Origin: Chlamydiota bacterium
GTDB lineage: Bacteria > Chlamydiota > Chlamydiia > Chlamydiales > SM23-39
Assembly: GCA_039179045.1 (NCBI GenBank)
Contig: JBCDEZ010000001.1
Coordinates: 2,967 to 66,966 of the forward strand
Length of the DNA: 64,000 nt
Direction: 5' to 3'
Part shown: positions 1 to 8,557 of the stretch, one piece after another
Position numbering within the stretch: position 1 is the first letter of the stretch
Layout of the letters: the number at the start of each line of letters is the position of its first letter
Program-made: the position numbers and the translations under genes
The notes under the pieces: generated by a model
What the model was told of the DNA's origin: nothing
The model's input: only the letters and a program-made list of their open reading frames with translations
Databases searched by the model: none

Positions 1-78
1 GTGATCTCCATTTTCCTTGATCACACGTACTTTTTCCGAGCGAATTTCCCGGTTGATTCTTAAATTTTCTTTTAAAAT
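1..78 (-). CDS. infC: translation initiation factor IF-3, first 26 codons (gene continues past the left edge)
   Basis: The minus-strand frame reads (I)LKENLRINREIRSEKVRVIKENGDH, matching the conserved IF-3 N-terminus (RIN.EIR..EVRLI...G). There is no in-frame ATG or GTG. AGGAGA lies 6-7 nt upstream of an ATT codon at 78..76. An in-frame TTG at 111..109 has no Shine-Dalgarno sequence. Confidence 0.75.
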   Translation of the reverse strand, partial: MLKENLRINREIRSEKVRVIKENGDH

Positions 79-193
79 TGCAATTCTCCTAAAGCGATGA
101 GTACAACACAAATGACTAAAAAAGTAGAGTATACATAAGGACGAAGGAGAGAATCAAGCAGAATCCATAAGAGGAAAGTTTTTCCGATGAGTA

Positions 194-267
194 TGGGATA
201 TAGCTGACTCGAACAGCTGACCTCCACGATGTCAACGTGGCGCTCTAACCAACTGAGCTAATACCCC
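194..267 (-). tRNA. tRNA-Val (anticodon GAC)
   Basis: 74-nt cloverleaf on the minus strand. Acceptor GGGGTAT/ATATCCC (one G-U pair). D-arm GCTC-AGTTGGTTA-GAGC. Anticodon stem CCACG/CGTGG with loop TTGACAT. Variable loop AGGTC. T-arm AGCTG-TTCGAGT-CAGCT. Discriminator A. CCA is not encoded. Confidence 0.95.
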
Positions 268-314
268 ACTATTCACCAAATGTTGTAAACTATCCTAACT
301 TAAGGAAAAGTAAA

Positions 315-893
315 ATGCAAAACCCCTCTGAATTTGTTCCCGTTTGTCCCTCTTTTTGGGAAAGTGTGCGCCTTTTCGCAAGAGCCCTTTGGGTCACATT
401 TTTGCGGGAAGACAGTCATGTAATCGATGCAACGTGTGGCAAGGGGCGCGATACACTTTTCTTAGCAAAGTGCGTGCCTCAAGGACACGTCTATAGTTAC
501 GATATCCAATCCACAGCGCTTGCAGAGGCCAAGCGTCTGATCGATGGAGAGGGTAAAAGCAAGCAGGTCACCTTCTTCCACCAGTCCCACACCTCCTTCG
601 AGCAGAACGCCGATCTTGTGGTCTACAATTTGGGTTATCTTCCCGGATCCGATAAAACGATCTGCACGCAGCCGAAAGATGTACTCGAAAGCGTTGAGCA
701 CGCGCAATCGTTCGCTCAAGCGATTTGTATTACGTGCTATCCAGGTCATCTTTCGGGACGCAAAGAGGAAGAGCTCTTGCATGCTTACTCTAAAACGCTC
801 GATGCGAAATTGTGGACTGCATCGCACCACAGATGGGTCAACCGCCACCTTTGCCCCTCGCTCATTTGGCTAACAAAAATAAACCGGAGATGA
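315..893 (+). CDS. class I SAM-dependent methyltransferase, YtqB/MnmM-like
   Basis: 192-aa ORF. VIDATCGKGRDTLFLA, HVYSYDIQ, NLGYLPGSDK and CYPGH align with B. subtilis YtqB/MnmM (DATMGNGHDT, HVYAFDIQ, NLGYLPGGDK, VYHGH). Confidence 0.85.
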   Translation: MQNPSEFVPVCPSFWESVRLFARALWVTFLREDSHVIDATCGKGRDTLFLAKCVPQGHVYSYDIQSTALAEAKRLIDGEGKSKQVTFFHQSHTSFEQNADLVVYNLGYLPGSDKTICTQPKDVLESVEHAQSFAQAICITCYPGHLSGRKEEELLHAYSKTLDAKLWTASHHRWVNRHLCPSLIWLTKINRR

Positions 894-929
894 GGAGCAA
901 GCAAGGCAAGCCGCGCTTGACCAGTGTGC

Positions 930-2090
930 CTATTTGCAAGAGCCTTGTTGTAAGAAGAGTCGATTCTCTTCGATCCATTGCTTTGTTGCTCCCATAGCGT
1001 AAGAAGATCCTGTAACCACAAGCACCTCCTCATAAGCCAGTGCACTTTTTGCCGCTTGCGGCAGCGCCTCGTCTAAATGGGGCGTGTAATGGTGGGGTCC
1101 TTTGAGATGGAGGCATTTTTTGAGCTCTTCTACTGAGCTGATCTGAGTGTGGGAGATCGCGGTTATTTCTACAAAAGAGCCTTCGGGAAATACTTGAGGG
1201 ATCTCTTTGCCTTTGGTCAAACAGACGACAAAACGGTAACGTCTATTTGGAAAGTGGGTATTTAACGCGGCAAAAAGGGCGAAAAAACCGGGCGCGTTGT
1301 GTGCAATATCTAGAACGATCCAACCCTCTACAATTTCGAAACGGCAGGGGGGGCGTACATTCTCGATACTTGAGGTGTCTATCTTCAAGTGGCGCAGCGC
1401 TGCTTGTGCGATGAGGGTGTTTTCCTCATCGTACCACCGGCAAGGTGTAGAGGGGGCCAGGATAATGGGTGCATTTTTTTTCTCAGCTTCTAAAAAAAGC
1501 GGTTTTAAGCGCGCCTTTGGCCCGAGAACCACGGGTGTATTTTCCCGGATGATGCCCGCTTTTTCCCAAGCAATTTGCTCTAAGGTATCTCCCAAAAGGT
1601 CCATGTGGTCGTATCCGATGCTTGTGATAATGCTCAGCTCGGCAGGAAAAAGATTGGTTGCATCAAAACGCCCTCCGATACCCGTCTCCAAAATTGCGAT
1701 ATCTACATTTTTCTCAGAAAAATACTGGATACTCATAAAAAATAGAATAGTGAAAAAAGAAAGGGTAAAGGGGGATTTTGCCGCTATTTTTTCTACGAGC
1801 AGGTAGAGCTGTCGGAAATGATCTTCTCCGATCATGTTTCTAGCGACCTGCATGCGCTCTTGGAAGTTGTGGAGGTGAGGAGAGGTGAATAGACCTGTTC
1901 GGTAGCCAGCTTTCTCGCAAGCGTAGCGCAATTTCTCACTCACAGAACCCTTTCCATTGGTGCCTGCGATATGAACCATAGGAAACGTGGGAGCGGAGAA
2001 ATAGCGGAGATAAAAGGCCCGCAAAAGCTCCGGTGCAATTTTTGGAGTTTTCTTTTTTTTGAGCTCTTCTAGTGCGTGGATTGCGTTCAT
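930..2090 (-). CDS. folC: bifunctional folylpolyglutamate synthase / dihydrofolate synthase
   Basis: Mur-ligase P-loop HIAGTNGKGS and downstream FolC-like central and C-terminal domains. The ATG at 2090 overlaps the stop of the upstream PHP gene as ATGA. The longest ORF extends to 2129. Confidence 0.9.
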   Translation of the reverse strand: MNAIHALEELKKKKTPKIAPELLRAFYLRYFSAPTFPMVHIAGTNGKGSVSEKLRYACEKAGYRTGLFTSPHLHNFQERMQVARNMIGEDHFRQLYLLVEKIAAKSPFTLSFFTILFFMSIQYFSEKNVDIAILETGIGGRFDATNLFPAELSIITSIGYDHMDLLGDTLEQIAWEKAGIIRENTPVVLGPKARLKPLFLEAEKKNAPIILAPSTPCRWYDEENTLIAQAALRHLKIDTSSIENVRPPCRFEIVEGWIVLDIAHNAPGFFALFAALNTHFPNRRYRFVVCLTKGKEIPQVFPEGSFVEITAISHTQISSVEELKKCLHLKGPHHYTPHLDEALPQAAKSALAYEEVLVVTGSSYAMGATKQWIEENRLFLQQGSCK

Positions 2091-2908
2091 GTGTAGAAAA
2101 GAGCCTGTATGGTTGTTTCGGGAGACCAAGAAGCTCCCAGTGAGACTTCAGGCTTGACTTCTCCGTGGAAGTCAGATCCTCCTGTGATGATCCAGCTTTT
2201 CTTTTGCCCTAGTTTTTGCCAACGCTTTTCTACTTTTGCAGGAATATTAGCGTACCGAGCTTCAATCCCATCGAAATCCATCCCGAGTAGCTCTTGCAAC
2301 GTTAGTCCCTCTTTTAAGAAAAAAGGGTGCGCTAAGACTGCTTTCCCCCCCGCTTGGTGAATCGCTTCAATCACCTCGTTTGCAGCGAATTTTGGGCTTT
2401 TTTCCCAAGGCCTTGCTCGGTCATCGAGATAGCGTAAAAATGCCTCTTGCAAAGAAGAGACGTATTTTTTTTCCCGCAACACCTCTGCAATATGCAAGCG
2501 ACCAATCACAGAAGAGCTAGCGAGGCCTTTTTTCTCAAAATCCTGCATTGTGATTGATACGCCACGCGTTTGTAGATAGGCAAAAATTTGCTCATTTCTC
2601 GCGGCTCGTTTCTCGCGAACACTACTCAAAAACTCTTGGAAAGATCGGTCTTTGACATCAAAGCCGTAAGCTAGTATATGCACGTTCAAACAGCGGTGGT
2701 GTGCTGTGATCTCCACTCCCGTAAATAGCTTGAGTCTCAGCTTTTCTGCTAGCAGGAATAGATCTTTTGTGTACGCATCTGTAGTATCGTGGTCAGTAAT
2801 TGAAATACCTTGCAACCCCGATTCCTTGGCCAGATAAAGCAATTCTTGCGGCGTATGTGTGCCGTCAGATTTTTTCGTGTGGGTATGCAAGTCGTAACGA
2901 TTGTCCAT
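2087..2908 (-). CDS. PHP-domain metal-dependent phosphoesterase (TrpH/YciV-like)
   Basis: N-terminal DLHTHTKKSDG, central ISITDHDT, and C-terminal GGSDFHG, which are PHP metal-ligand motifs. Confidence 0.85.
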   Translation of the reverse strand: MDNRYDLHTHTKKSDGTHTPQELLYLAKESGLQGISITDHDTTDAYTKDLFLLAEKLRLKLFTGVEITAHHRCLNVHILAYGFDVKDRSFQEFLSSVREKRAARNEQIFAYLQTRGVSITMQDFEKKGLASSSVIGRLHIAEVLREKKYVSSLQEAFLRYLDDRARPWEKSPKFAANEVIEAIHQAGGKAVLAHPFFLKEGLTLQELLGMDFDGIEARYANIPAKVEKRWQKLGQKKSWIITGGSDFHGEVKPEVSLGASWSPETTIQALFYT

Positions 2909-3080
2909 GGAAAAAGCGTACTGTTTTCAATTCATCGAACACCTAGTTTGAAGCAGTCGGTTTTTTACTTCATCTAATTAATCAAATCCTTGCCGGGCGC
3001 AGGGCTTGATTCTTTTTGCTCTGGGAAATTTTGGCTTTTTGTTCCCTGCACAAGCGCCATTGAGTAGCGAAAAATTGCCC

Positions 3081-3500
3081 TCACGAAGCGTGCTTTTCCA
3101 ATTCTTTATAAACTCCGTCCAATACAGCATTCACAAATTTTGCCCCCTCCACAGAGCCAAATTTGCAACAAACACGGATTGCTTCTGCAATCGCTACTTC
3201 CGGAGGAAGGTCCGTTTCGTAGAAAAGGGCATACAGACCAAGGCGGAGGACATTTTTCTCAATCCGAGAGATCTCTTCTAAGGAATAGTGTTCTAGATGT
3301 TTGGTGAGTTTCGCATCGATTTGCGGCAAGCAGGCCTCTACCTCGGCTACCTTATCCCGGACCAACCGGGCCGTTTTTTTACTCACTTTCATAGTTTGCA
3401 CAGCGAGAAGGATCAAAAAATCGTCGCAAACAGCATTGTGGTCCCGCGCGTAAATCATCTGGAAGAGGACTTCCCGAAATTTTTTCTTTGAAATTGCCAT
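3081..3500 (-). CDS. nusB: transcription antitermination factor NusB
   Basis: 139-aa ORF with NusB-like signature segments (VLRLGLYALFYETDLPPEVAIAEAIRVCCKF....FVNAVLDGV). Confidence 0.85.
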   Translation of the reverse strand: MAISKKKFREVLFQMIYARDHNAVCDDFLILLAVQTMKVSKKTARLVRDKVAEVEACLPQIDAKLTKHLEHYSLEEISRIEKNVLRLGLYALFYETDLPPEVAIAEAIRVCCKFGSVEGAKFVNAVLDGVYKELEKHAS

Positions 3501-4267
3501 AAGAGTGTATCCAAGGAAATTGTAGCAAAGACCTTCCTTTTATGGGAAATTCGCATTCGATTTGATAGAAGATTGTGGAATGGCCGCCTTTTTTCGAAGG
3601 GGCAATTTTTGTGTCCATTAGAACGATTGTACTCGGCTCCTACTTGGCTCGCTAGCTAACGATTCTCGAGCGTTCTAGCGTTAGGTGGATCGTTTCCTTA
3701 TCAACTTGAGTGACAGAATCCGCTGTCCTTACGGGATATGGGGGAATGGTTTTTTAGGCTGGTAGGTGTATGCAGGGTATCTTTTTTCGATACTTCTCTT
3801 CTAAGGATGGCTTACATCGACTATTTTTTGATCTTTCCTAAAGTGAGCTTTGGGTTTGAAGATAAATATTTTATACCAGCTGGAAAGCTTTTTGCAGTAA
3901 GTTTTTTTATCTCACTCTTGTTTCATTGCATCCGAAGATCAGATCATCAATAGAAATTTTGAATGAGCATGCATGGGCAGGCGATGTTGTAGATTGGAGC
4001 GCTCTTGACTATTTTTTCGGTAAATTTTCTTGGCTGACCAGTCTGTTGGCTAAATGCAGCGCGTTTGTAAGAGGGTTCTCCATAGTTAAGTAAGCTCGCT
4101 TTGTCTATTTCTCTCTTTTCTTTGACTGCTAGAGGTAAGAGGAGGGTAGGTAACAGGGGGGGTGCTTGTTTCGCATTCTAGCTACTCGCCCGCTTTGGAC
4201 GCTTTTGCGTATTTTCCCGTAGTTAAGAACTCATTTCTTTATTGGAAACGGCGTTGCTGTCCTATCG

Positions 4268-4735
4268 TTAGCTTTCTTGTAGATGACTCCTTAGGAGATA
4301 CGCCGCTTTCTCGTGCGTAGCAATTCTTTGAATTATTAGATCTCCAGTTGGTGCATCGTGGTTCTCTTCTGCGAATGCGATCGCGGGGCGGTGTCTTTTT
4401 GCGATTGCCTCGTGATCTTTTGTGAGCTGTTGCACCATGTCTTTCGATGTTGTCCAATGTTTCTCGCCCGCAATACAGGTATCAGCAGAAAAACGGGCAA
4501 AATGCGCCTCTACGTATTGCCCTAGCGCGCGAATTCTTTCTGCGAGCTCATCAATGGCTTCTGCTAGCTCTTCGTAGAGTTTCTGCAATAGAAGGTGCAA
4601 AGAGTAGAAATGCTCTCCCTTGAGGTTCCAATGAAAATTTTGTGTTTTGAGATAGATGCTGTAGGTGTCAGCCAAAAGTAATAAAAGTTTTTTTCCCACT
4701 GCCACTCTTTCTTCTGAGCTCATCCCTGTATCCAT
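4268..4735 (-). CDS. dps: Dps-family DNA starvation/stationary-phase protection protein
   Basis: Ferritin-like four-helix pattern with the Dps signature NFHWNLKGEHFYSLH....ELAERIRALG. Confidence 0.9.
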   Translation of the reverse strand: MDTGMSSEERVAVGKKLLLLLADTYSIYLKTQNFHWNLKGEHFYSLHLLLQKLYEELAEAIDELAERIRALGQYVEAHFARFSADTCIAGEKHWTTSKDMVQQLTKDHEAIAKRHRPAIAFAEENHDAPTGDLIIQRIATHEKAAYLLRSHLQES

Positions 4736-4831
4736 ACCATGTACTCCTCAACTGCACTTGATTTTTGTACTTAATAAACTATTTACCTGAAAATTTTATT
4801 CTATGTAAACAATTTTCTCACGCAGTTTTTC

Positions 4832-4860
4832 TTGCTCTTTCCTTATGCTTTGTGTAAAAT
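4832..4860 (+). promoter_or_regulatory. sigma-70/66-type promoter candidate (TTGCTC-N17-TAAAAT)
   Basis: -35 TTGCTC at 4832-4837, a 17-nt spacer, and -10 TAAAAT at 4855-4860. The same architecture is conserved in the duplicate at 5334-5362. Confidence 0.45.
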
Positions 4861-4903
4861 TTCTTTTTTCTGATTCAGAAATTTTCAATTAAGTGAAGGT
4901 ATT

Positions 4904-5359
4904 ATGTTGGAATTGAATCAAGCAAGCTTGGATCCAGTTTTTTACGGGCCAGGAGCTATTAGTGTAGTAGGAACTGTATCTGCGCTATACTTTGCTTGGC
5001 AAGGTTACGCCATCACGGCCCTAGCTCTTGGTGCGCTCAGTGCGATTTCCCTGATTGTGACCAGTGCGCTGAGAGATACAGACACACTGATCCAACGCCG
5101 CGCAGGAAAAGGAGAATCCGAATCGGATAGTTCGAGTCTTATTCGTATTACTGATGCAACACTTTCGGACAATATTCATCGAGCTGTTTATGCGGTTATT
5201 CAGAATTCCTTTGGTTTGATAGCTGAGTATATTATTTTTAAACCTTGTGAATTTTTGACAAGAGCGACTATTAGGCTTATGGAGTCGATTTCTAACACAA
5301 AAGTGGCAGGTAAGGACGAATTGTTAGTTTCTCTTGCTCTTTTCCTGCACTTTGTGTAA
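4904..5359 (+). CDS. Inc-like membrane protein with bilobed hydrophobic domain (paralog 1)
   Basis: Residues about 15-56, GPGAISVVGTVSALYFAW-QGY-AITALALGALSAISLIVTSAL, form two hydrophobic lobes separated by a 3-residue turn. The rest of the protein is hydrophilic. It is a paralog of the next gene. Confidence 0.7.
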   Translation: MLELNQASLDPVFYGPGAISVVGTVSALYFAWQGYAITALALGALSAISLIVTSALRDTDTLIQRRAGKGESESDSSSLIRITDATLSDNIHRAVYAVIQNSFGLIAEYIIFKPCEFLTRATIRLMESISNTKVAGKDELLVSLALFLHFV

Positions 5360-5362
5360 AAT
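5334..5362 (+). promoter_or_regulatory. sigma-70/66-type promoter candidate (TTGCTC-N17-TAAAAT), duplicate copy
   Basis: -35 TTGCTC at 5334-5339, a 17-nt spacer, and -10 TAAAAT at 5357-5362. The -10 box overlaps the stop codon of the upstream paralog. Confidence 0.45.
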
Positions 5363-5408
5363 ATCCTTTTTCATGACTTAGAAATTCTTAAATCAAAGGA
5401 GAAATATT

Positions 5409-5840
5409 ATGTCGGTTGAATTGGATTCAAAAAAATTAACTCCGCTTTCTTATTGCTCAGGAACTGCCAGTGCAGCAGGGATTGCAGCTGCAACGTACTT
5501 TGCCTGGCAAGCTTACACCATAACGGCAGTGGCTCTCGGTGTGCTCAGTGCGGTTTCGTTGATTGTGACCGTTGCGCTGAGAGATACAAATGGACTTACT
5601 CAAGGATCTAAAGCAGCTGATCTAGATACTTCGGGCAAGATTCAAATTACTACTGAAAGACTTAATCGTAATGTTAATAAAACTATTTATAACGTTATTG
5701 ACAATTCCTTGGGTTTCATATTTGAGCTGATAGCTGATTGTGCTATTTTTAAACCTTGTGAACTTTTGACAAGAGCGACTATTAATCTTATCACTTCAAC
5801 TCCTAAAGCGGTAGTGGACCTTGATGGGAAGAGCTCGTAG
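5409..5840 (+). CDS. Inc-like membrane protein with bilobed hydrophobic domain (paralog 2)
   Basis: GTASAAGIAAATYFAW-QAY-TITAVALGVLSAVSLIVTVAL. The C-terminal IFKPCE(F/L)LTRATI block is shared with paralog 1. AAGGAG lies 8 nt upstream of the ATG. Confidence 0.7.
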   Translation: MSVELDSKKLTPLSYCSGTASAAGIAAATYFAWQAYTITAVALGVLSAVSLIVTVALRDTNGLTQGSKAADLDTSGKIQITTERLNRNVNKTIYNVIDNSLGFIFELIADCAIFKPCELLTRATINLITSTPKAVVDLDGKSS

Positions 5841-5847
5841 GAATTAA

Positions 5848-5884
5848 TGCCTTTTCAGCTTGCCGCGCAAGGCAGACTTTTTTT
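5848..5884 (+). terminator. rho-independent terminator candidate
   Basis: TGCCTT (5848-5853) pairs with AAGGCA (5869-5874), with an inner CTTGC/GCAAG stem. A T7 run follows at 5878-5884, 8 nt after the stop of the 5409 gene. Confidence 0.45.
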
Positions 5885-5984
5885 GGGAGCGCCTAACCCG
5901 GCTCCCGCTTCATTAGCAAGCTATTACTGGTTTCTAATGTCAAATGTAAAAAATTCATACTATTCAAAATTATAAGGTGGTATT

Positions 5985-6515
5985 ATGTCAGCAAATTCTG
6001 AGGTAAATCCTTTGGGATCGGATAGATCGACTCAATATAAACCTGTGCGAGTCTACAAGTCGAATTCGACTGCAGTAAGAGATGATAAAAACTCAGGTCG
6101 ACTTTTGGGTCGGATGGTCTTTGCTTTGGAAAACGGCAGCTCAGATCAAGTAGACAAGTTTGTGGAAACTGTTTGGCTATCTCTTGCTCCTCTTGTGGAG
6201 GAGCGTATACAAACTGTACTAGCAACAGAGGGTGCTTCACACAAACCCGCTTTTGAGAGTCTTCGCCAAGAGTCAGGCAATAACATCTTATTAAATCCTT
6301 TAGATTTAGCGGATGCTCTTCCTCCCCCTAATGATAATGGGAAAAATAATTCGGAGGTTTCTGCAAAAAATCCAGAAGCTTCCAAGATACCATCAGAAGA
6401 GCCTGGTTATTTTTCCAGATTTTGCAAGCTAACTGGCATATCTTGGCTTACTGAAAAAGTCTGGGGAGTTTTGTGTTTTATTCTTTCCCTCGGTGGCCTA
6501 ATTAGCTTCCGGTGA
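5985..6515 (+). CDS. hypothetical tail-anchored protein
   Basis: 176-aa ORF, hydrophilic except for the extreme C-terminus VWGVLCFILSLGGLISF. Its start context GGTGGTATTATG resembles that of the two upstream genes. Confidence 0.6.
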   Translation: MSANSEVNPLGSDRSTQYKPVRVYKSNSTAVRDDKNSGRLLGRMVFALENGSSDQVDKFVETVWLSLAPLVEERIQTVLATEGASHKPAFESLRQESGNNILLNPLDLADALPPPNDNGKNNSEVSAKNPEASKIPSEEPGYFSRFCKLTGISWLTEKVWGVLCFILSLGGLISFR

Positions 6516-6560
6516 TTAAGAGATCAGCCTTCAGAGGAAGATAGAAGGTTTATTTGTGTG

Positions 6561-6588
6561 AGGGGTGCTTATAAGCACCCCTTTTTTT
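6561..6588 (+). terminator. rho-independent terminator
   Basis: Stem GGGGTGCTT/AAGCACCCC with a short apical loop, followed directly by T7. It lies in the convergent gap after the 5985 gene. Confidence 0.7.
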
Positions 6589-8491
6589 ATGCACCTTTCT
6601 TTGTGGGTTTCTTTGGTGCGGAGGATTTTTGGCGCGTGGTATGACAGTCGATCCATATAGGAGAGCTCCATGCCATTTCCCCATCTTTTTGGAAGGCGCG
6701 CAGGTAGTAGTAGAGAAACGGGTAGGGCTCTCCTGGAAGCACAATTTTTTGCAGATTTTCTGTGTCGTCGTGGGCGAATTCGAGAAAATCGCTTTCTGGA
6801 TAAAAGGTATGGAAAATTTCGCTATTGCGGATGATTTCCACCTTAGCAAGTTCATCGACCCCAATTACGTAGCCCGTTATGTGTCGGTTTAAAGCGAAAC
6901 CGGGCTTTTGGCTATTGGAAAGCTCAGATCCCATTTTTTCTCCACCGATGTAAAAACCGAGAATGATCTTGGCGCCTGTGGTTGCATAGCAGGACTTTTT
7001 CTGGAGTGCTTCAAAAAGGGAGGTGCGCGAATGGTCTTTTGCAAGGATTGCAGTCAAACCGGGGGAGTACTGTTCTTGATTGGTGTCGAATAGATCAGCA
7101 TATAGACAACGATCATCGAGACCTCCTGCTACGAAACCAAAACGGCAATTGTGGGTAAGTGCTTTGCGGACTGAACCCTCGGGGTATTCTTGCAAAGTCT
7201 TAGGTCCTGTTCCCTTGATGGGGCGTGGGTTTCCCTCTTTTTCCAAGCACTCTGAAGAGCCCCAGGAGTTGTAAATCTCCACTACCCGTTCAAATTGAGG
7301 ATCGAAGTTTTCAAAGCAATACGGTTTTTTGCTATTCATCGTAAAGGAGGGAATGGAGAGAAAATCCTTGGTTTGATGAGTTTTGTAGATTTTTTTGAGA
7401 GAGTTGGTTTTGGTATCTTTTTTCCTGAGAAGCGGTTTTGCATCTTTCGTGTAGACAAATTGCCGGATCCCCTCTTCTTTTGGATCCCCGTTCCATTGGA
7501 ATCCTAAGAATGTTGCGAAGCGATCCTCTTCGTTGAATTCGGCGACTTGGTTGCTGATGAGTTTCCAGATGTCTGAAGAGGTCTCTTGTTCCGATTCGAA
7601 CGAAGAGATTCCGTAAAAATGGAGCGCCTGTTCATCCCGGAAGTAGCGGAGGCACGACTCAATATGCGCTGTGGCATCGGAACGGTCTGATTCTCCGTGG
7701 AATACACCCCAAAAGAGATTGAGGGGATACTCTTGATAACACTTGATCGGAGGAGAAAAAAATGTTTCGCCGGTTTGGAGGTTTTTCAGACGCAATTTGT
7801 AGATGCCCGGTTCGTTGAAATAGAGGTTGGGAAGGGTGATGAAGCCCGTCTCGGGAACGAATAGCTTCCAGTTGAGGTTCTCTCGCAAGTGTTGGTAGCT
7901 CAAGTCAATCAAGGTTCCCTCGGGCGCATTGGAGGTAAGGTTCCCAAAAGCATCTTCGAAGCGGACGATCACATCAAATCGCTTGTTCCTAGTTACGATC
8001 GAGGGAGCAATTGTTCTCAAAGAGTGGAGGGCGCCGCCTCGTACATCCATCTGGAATACTTCGGGGTCCTTGTAGTCTCCCTTGCCCTTAGGGTCGACAT
8101 ACATATGGAAGGCCCTTCTTCTTTGTATGATTTTTTGCGCGTGATTTTCCTTGTGGATTTTCGGATTGAGCTGGCCGATACAAATAGTAAAGCTCTCTCC
8201 TGCTTTGATCTCTTTCGGAAGATTGGTTTCAAACTGTGCGAGGTGCTCGTTTTCTGTTGGATGGAAGGCGTGGGATTTTTCCTTTTCTAGTTCCAACCAG
8301 ATTACGCTACTTTTCTTTTTGAGATCAGCGCTTGGAACTTCCCAATCAATCGGACGCATGGTGTTGAGAAGGTCGAATTTCAAGCGCGTTCCTTTAGGAA
8401 GGGACTGTGAAGGCGTGTATACAAACCGCCACGTACCTTTTTCTCCTGCCTGAGCATGGGCAGGTTTGGTAAAACAAATTGACCTTCTCAT
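6587..8491 (-). CDS. DUF3604-like (PHP-fold) protein with an extra N-terminal domain
   Basis: The C-terminal two-thirds resemble the DUF3604 pattern recalled from memory: FWGVFHGESDRSD (family: YWGDLHvHT.yS.D), LGFQWNG, SLFEALQKKSCYATTGAKI, YYYLRAFQKDGEMAWSSPIWID (family: yYvRv.q.dG..AWSSPIWv). Confidence 0.6.
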   Translation of the reverse strand: MRRSICFTKPAHAQAGEKGTWRFVYTPSQSLPKGTRLKFDLLNTMRPIDWEVPSADLKKKSSVIWLELEKEKSHAFHPTENEHLAQFETNLPKEIKAGESFTICIGQLNPKIHKENHAQKIIQRRRAFHMYVDPKGKGDYKDPEVFQMDVRGGALHSLRTIAPSIVTRNKRFDVIVRFEDAFGNLTSNAPEGTLIDLSYQHLRENLNWKLFVPETGFITLPNLYFNEPGIYKLRLKNLQTGETFFSPPIKCYQEYPLNLFWGVFHGESDRSDATAHIESCLRYFRDEQALHFYGISSFESEQETSSDIWKLISNQVAEFNEEDRFATFLGFQWNGDPKEEGIRQFVYTKDAKPLLRKKDTKTNSLKKIYKTHQTKDFLSIPSFTMNSKKPYCFENFDPQFERVVEIYNSWGSSECLEKEGNPRPIKGTGPKTLQEYPEGSVRKALTHNCRFGFVAGGLDDRCLYADLFDTNQEQYSPGLTAILAKDHSRTSLFEALQKKSCYATTGAKIILGFYIGGEKMGSELSNSQKPGFALNRHITGYVIGVDELAKVEIIRNSEIFHTFYPESDFLEFAHDDTENLQKIVLPGEPYPFLYYYLRAFQKDGEMAWSSPIWIDCHTTRQKSSAPKKPTKKGA

Positions 8492-8557
8492 GATGTGTCA
8501 TCCCTCCTGTAGAATTCAAAACTAGTATAGGGCAAATGCCTTTGTTGCGCAAATGCC

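Larger units (their letters stand above)
4832..5845 (+). repeat. tandem duplication, two units of about 505 bp, each a promoter plus 5' UTR plus Inc-like gene
   Basis: Sequence upstream of the 4904 ATG (cttgctctttccttatgctttgtgtaaaat...gaaatt...attatg) recurs upstream of the 5409 ATG (cttgctcttttcctgcactttgtgtaaaat...gaaatt...attatg). The two encoded proteins also align over their whole length. Confidence 0.85.
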
